A stretch of 64,000 nt of DNA from Elusimicrobia bacterium CG_4_9_14_3_um_filter_62_55 (GTDB taxonomy: Bacteria > Elusimicrobiota > Elusimicrobia > UBA1565): the NCBI GenBank assembly GCA_002790095.1, contig PFUL01000054.1, forward strand, positions 9,510 through 73,509. The letters run 5' to 3'. The position numbers and the translations under genes were made by a program. Shown here piece after piece: positions 63,170 through 64,000 of the stretch (its first letter is position 1; each line of letters starts with the position of its first letter). The notes below the pieces were generated by a model. The model saw only the letters and a program-made list of their open reading frames with translations, was not told the origin of the DNA and ran no database searches.

Positions 63170-63819
63170 GAGCGCACCCCCTTTTTAGGGCAAAACGCGG
63201 CCAGCGGACAAAAATCGCAGACCGGAGAACGGGCAAAGCAGGCCCGGCGGCCGTGCCACACCATCGCGTGTCCGAAGAAGATCCAATCGGCGGGGTCGAC
63301 GCAGGCCATGAGATCCCGCTCGACCTGCACCGGGTTCGTTTTTGCGGTCAAGCCGAGACGGTAGGCGACGCGCTTCATGTGCGTGTCGACGACGATGCCT
63401 TCGCTGAGACCGAACGCGGTTCCGAGGATCACGTTGGCGGTTTTACGCGCGACGCCGCGCAGGGTCAGCAGTTCTTTCATCGTTTTCGGCATCTTCGCGT
63501 CGAAGCGTTCCAGCAGCGCGCGGGCGAGTTCCCGGATCGACTTCGCCTTCAAACGGAAAAACCCGGTAGACCGGATCAGGGTCTCGAGTTCCGGCACGGG
63601 GATTTCGGCGAAATCGCGCGCGGTTTTGCAGCGCCGGAACAGCGCCTTCGTCACGACATTGACCCGCTTGTCGGTGCATTGCGCGGAGAGGATCGTCGCG
63701 ACCGCGAGTTGGAGCGGGGATTTGAAATCCAATTCGCAGTGCGCGTCGGGGTAAAGCGCCCGAAGCCCGGCGACGGTCGCCTGGGCGCGCTCTTTTCGAG
63801 CCCCGAGCGGCGAGCCCAT
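63154..63819 (-). CDS. nth: endonuclease III (HhH-GPD DNA glycosylase with [4Fe-4S] cluster loop)
   Basis: HhH-GPD (LRGVARKTANVILGTAFG...VDTHMKRV) and Cx6Cx2Cx5C (CFARSPVCDFCPLAAFC). 16-nt overlap with the downstream gene. Confidence 0.9.
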   Translation of the reverse strand: MGSPLGARKERAQATVAGLRALYPDAHCELDFKSPLQLAVATILSAQCTDKRVNVVTKALFRRCKTARDFAEIPVPELETLIRSTGFFRLKAKSIRELARALLERFDAKMPKTMKELLTLRGVARKTANVILGTAFGLSEGIVVDTHMKRVAYRLGLTAKTNPVQVERDLMACVDPADWIFFGHAMVWHGRRACFARSPVCDFCPLAAFCPKKGVRSCASS

Positions 63820-64000
63820 CTATTCCGCTCGGGAAAGCGGGTAGAAGTAGACTCCCATGAAAACCGCGTTGTCGTAGAATCCCCGAACCCGGTCGCGCAT
63901 GGCGTACACGCCCGGCGGATGCACCGTATAGAGCTGAGGCGTCTCCTCGAACCCGAGCTTCAGAATTTCATGATAGAGGCCGGCGCGCTTTTGCGCGTCA
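63820..64000 (-). CDS. 3' end of an unidentified upstream gene (partial; start beyond window end)
   Basis: Open frame on the minus strand ...GLYHEILKLGFEETPQLYTVHPPGVYAMRDRVRGFYDNAVFMGVYFYPLSRAE, with stop at 63820-63822 abutting the nth ATG (63817-63819). Confidence 0.4.
   Translation of the reverse strand, partial: DAQKRAGLYHEILKLGFEETPQLYTVHPPGVYAMRDRVRGFYDNAVFMGVYFYPLSRAE

Noticed and set aside
1-64000. CRISPR arrays, cas genes, transposases/IS elements, rRNA genes
   Set aside because: No short direct-repeat/spacer periodicity, no recognisable Cas, DDE transposase or serine/tyrosine recombinase ORFs, and no rRNA-like conserved stretches were seen on either strand.

Overview
High-GC (roughly two-thirds G+C by eye) gene-dense chromosomal segment from a Gram-negative-type bacterium: several predicted outer-membrane beta-barrel proteins end in Phe, and there are OmpA, AsmA and lipobox proteins. 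I call about 65 CDS, one tRNA-Phe(GAA) and several rho-independent terminators. Housekeeping genes (tyrA-chorismate mutase fusion, ppc, mreB, mtgA, purB, pyrE-like, rlmI, gcvT-gcvH plus a lipoate ligase-family gene, nth, 7Fe ferredoxin, Na/Pi cotransporter) are interleaved with accessory-looking modules. The modules I flag are: (i) an XRE-HTH + AbiEii/MenT-like minimal nucleotidyltransferase two-gene module with a near-consensus promoter immediately upstream of tRNA-Phe; (ii) a nitric-oxide detox cluster (qNor norZ, two hemerythrin-like genes, Crp/Fnr regulator, CbiX-like lipoprotein); (iii) a NYN (YacP/Rae1-like) RNase gene translationally coupled to an Upf1-like SF1 helicase inside an rRNA-methyltransferase operon; (iv) a 1098-aa internally repetitive coiled-coil protein coupled to a proline-rich transmembrane beta-propeller protein, divergent from mtgA-mreB; (v) a DUF222-HNH endonuclease flanked by two copies of a 24-bp perfect palindrome; (vi) a ~0.6 kb low-GC islet carrying an ORFan membrane protein, an operator-like palindrome, an XRE regulator and an internally deleted tag (3-methyladenine glycosylase) pseudogene; (vii) a secreted-hydrolase cluster (S8 subtilase, thioredoxin-like, 911-aa phosphoesterase-beta-barrel fusion, M36/M4-like metalloprotease); (viii) an overlapping 5-gene envelope-remodelling operon (C39-like/SH3/NlpC-P60 hydrolase, GAF-PAS, six-hairpin glycosidase, metallophosphoesterase, HExxH lipoprotein). 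No CRISPR array, integrase or transposase was seen. All calls come from reading the ORF translations and the DNA by eye; domain names are motif-based inferences, not database hits.
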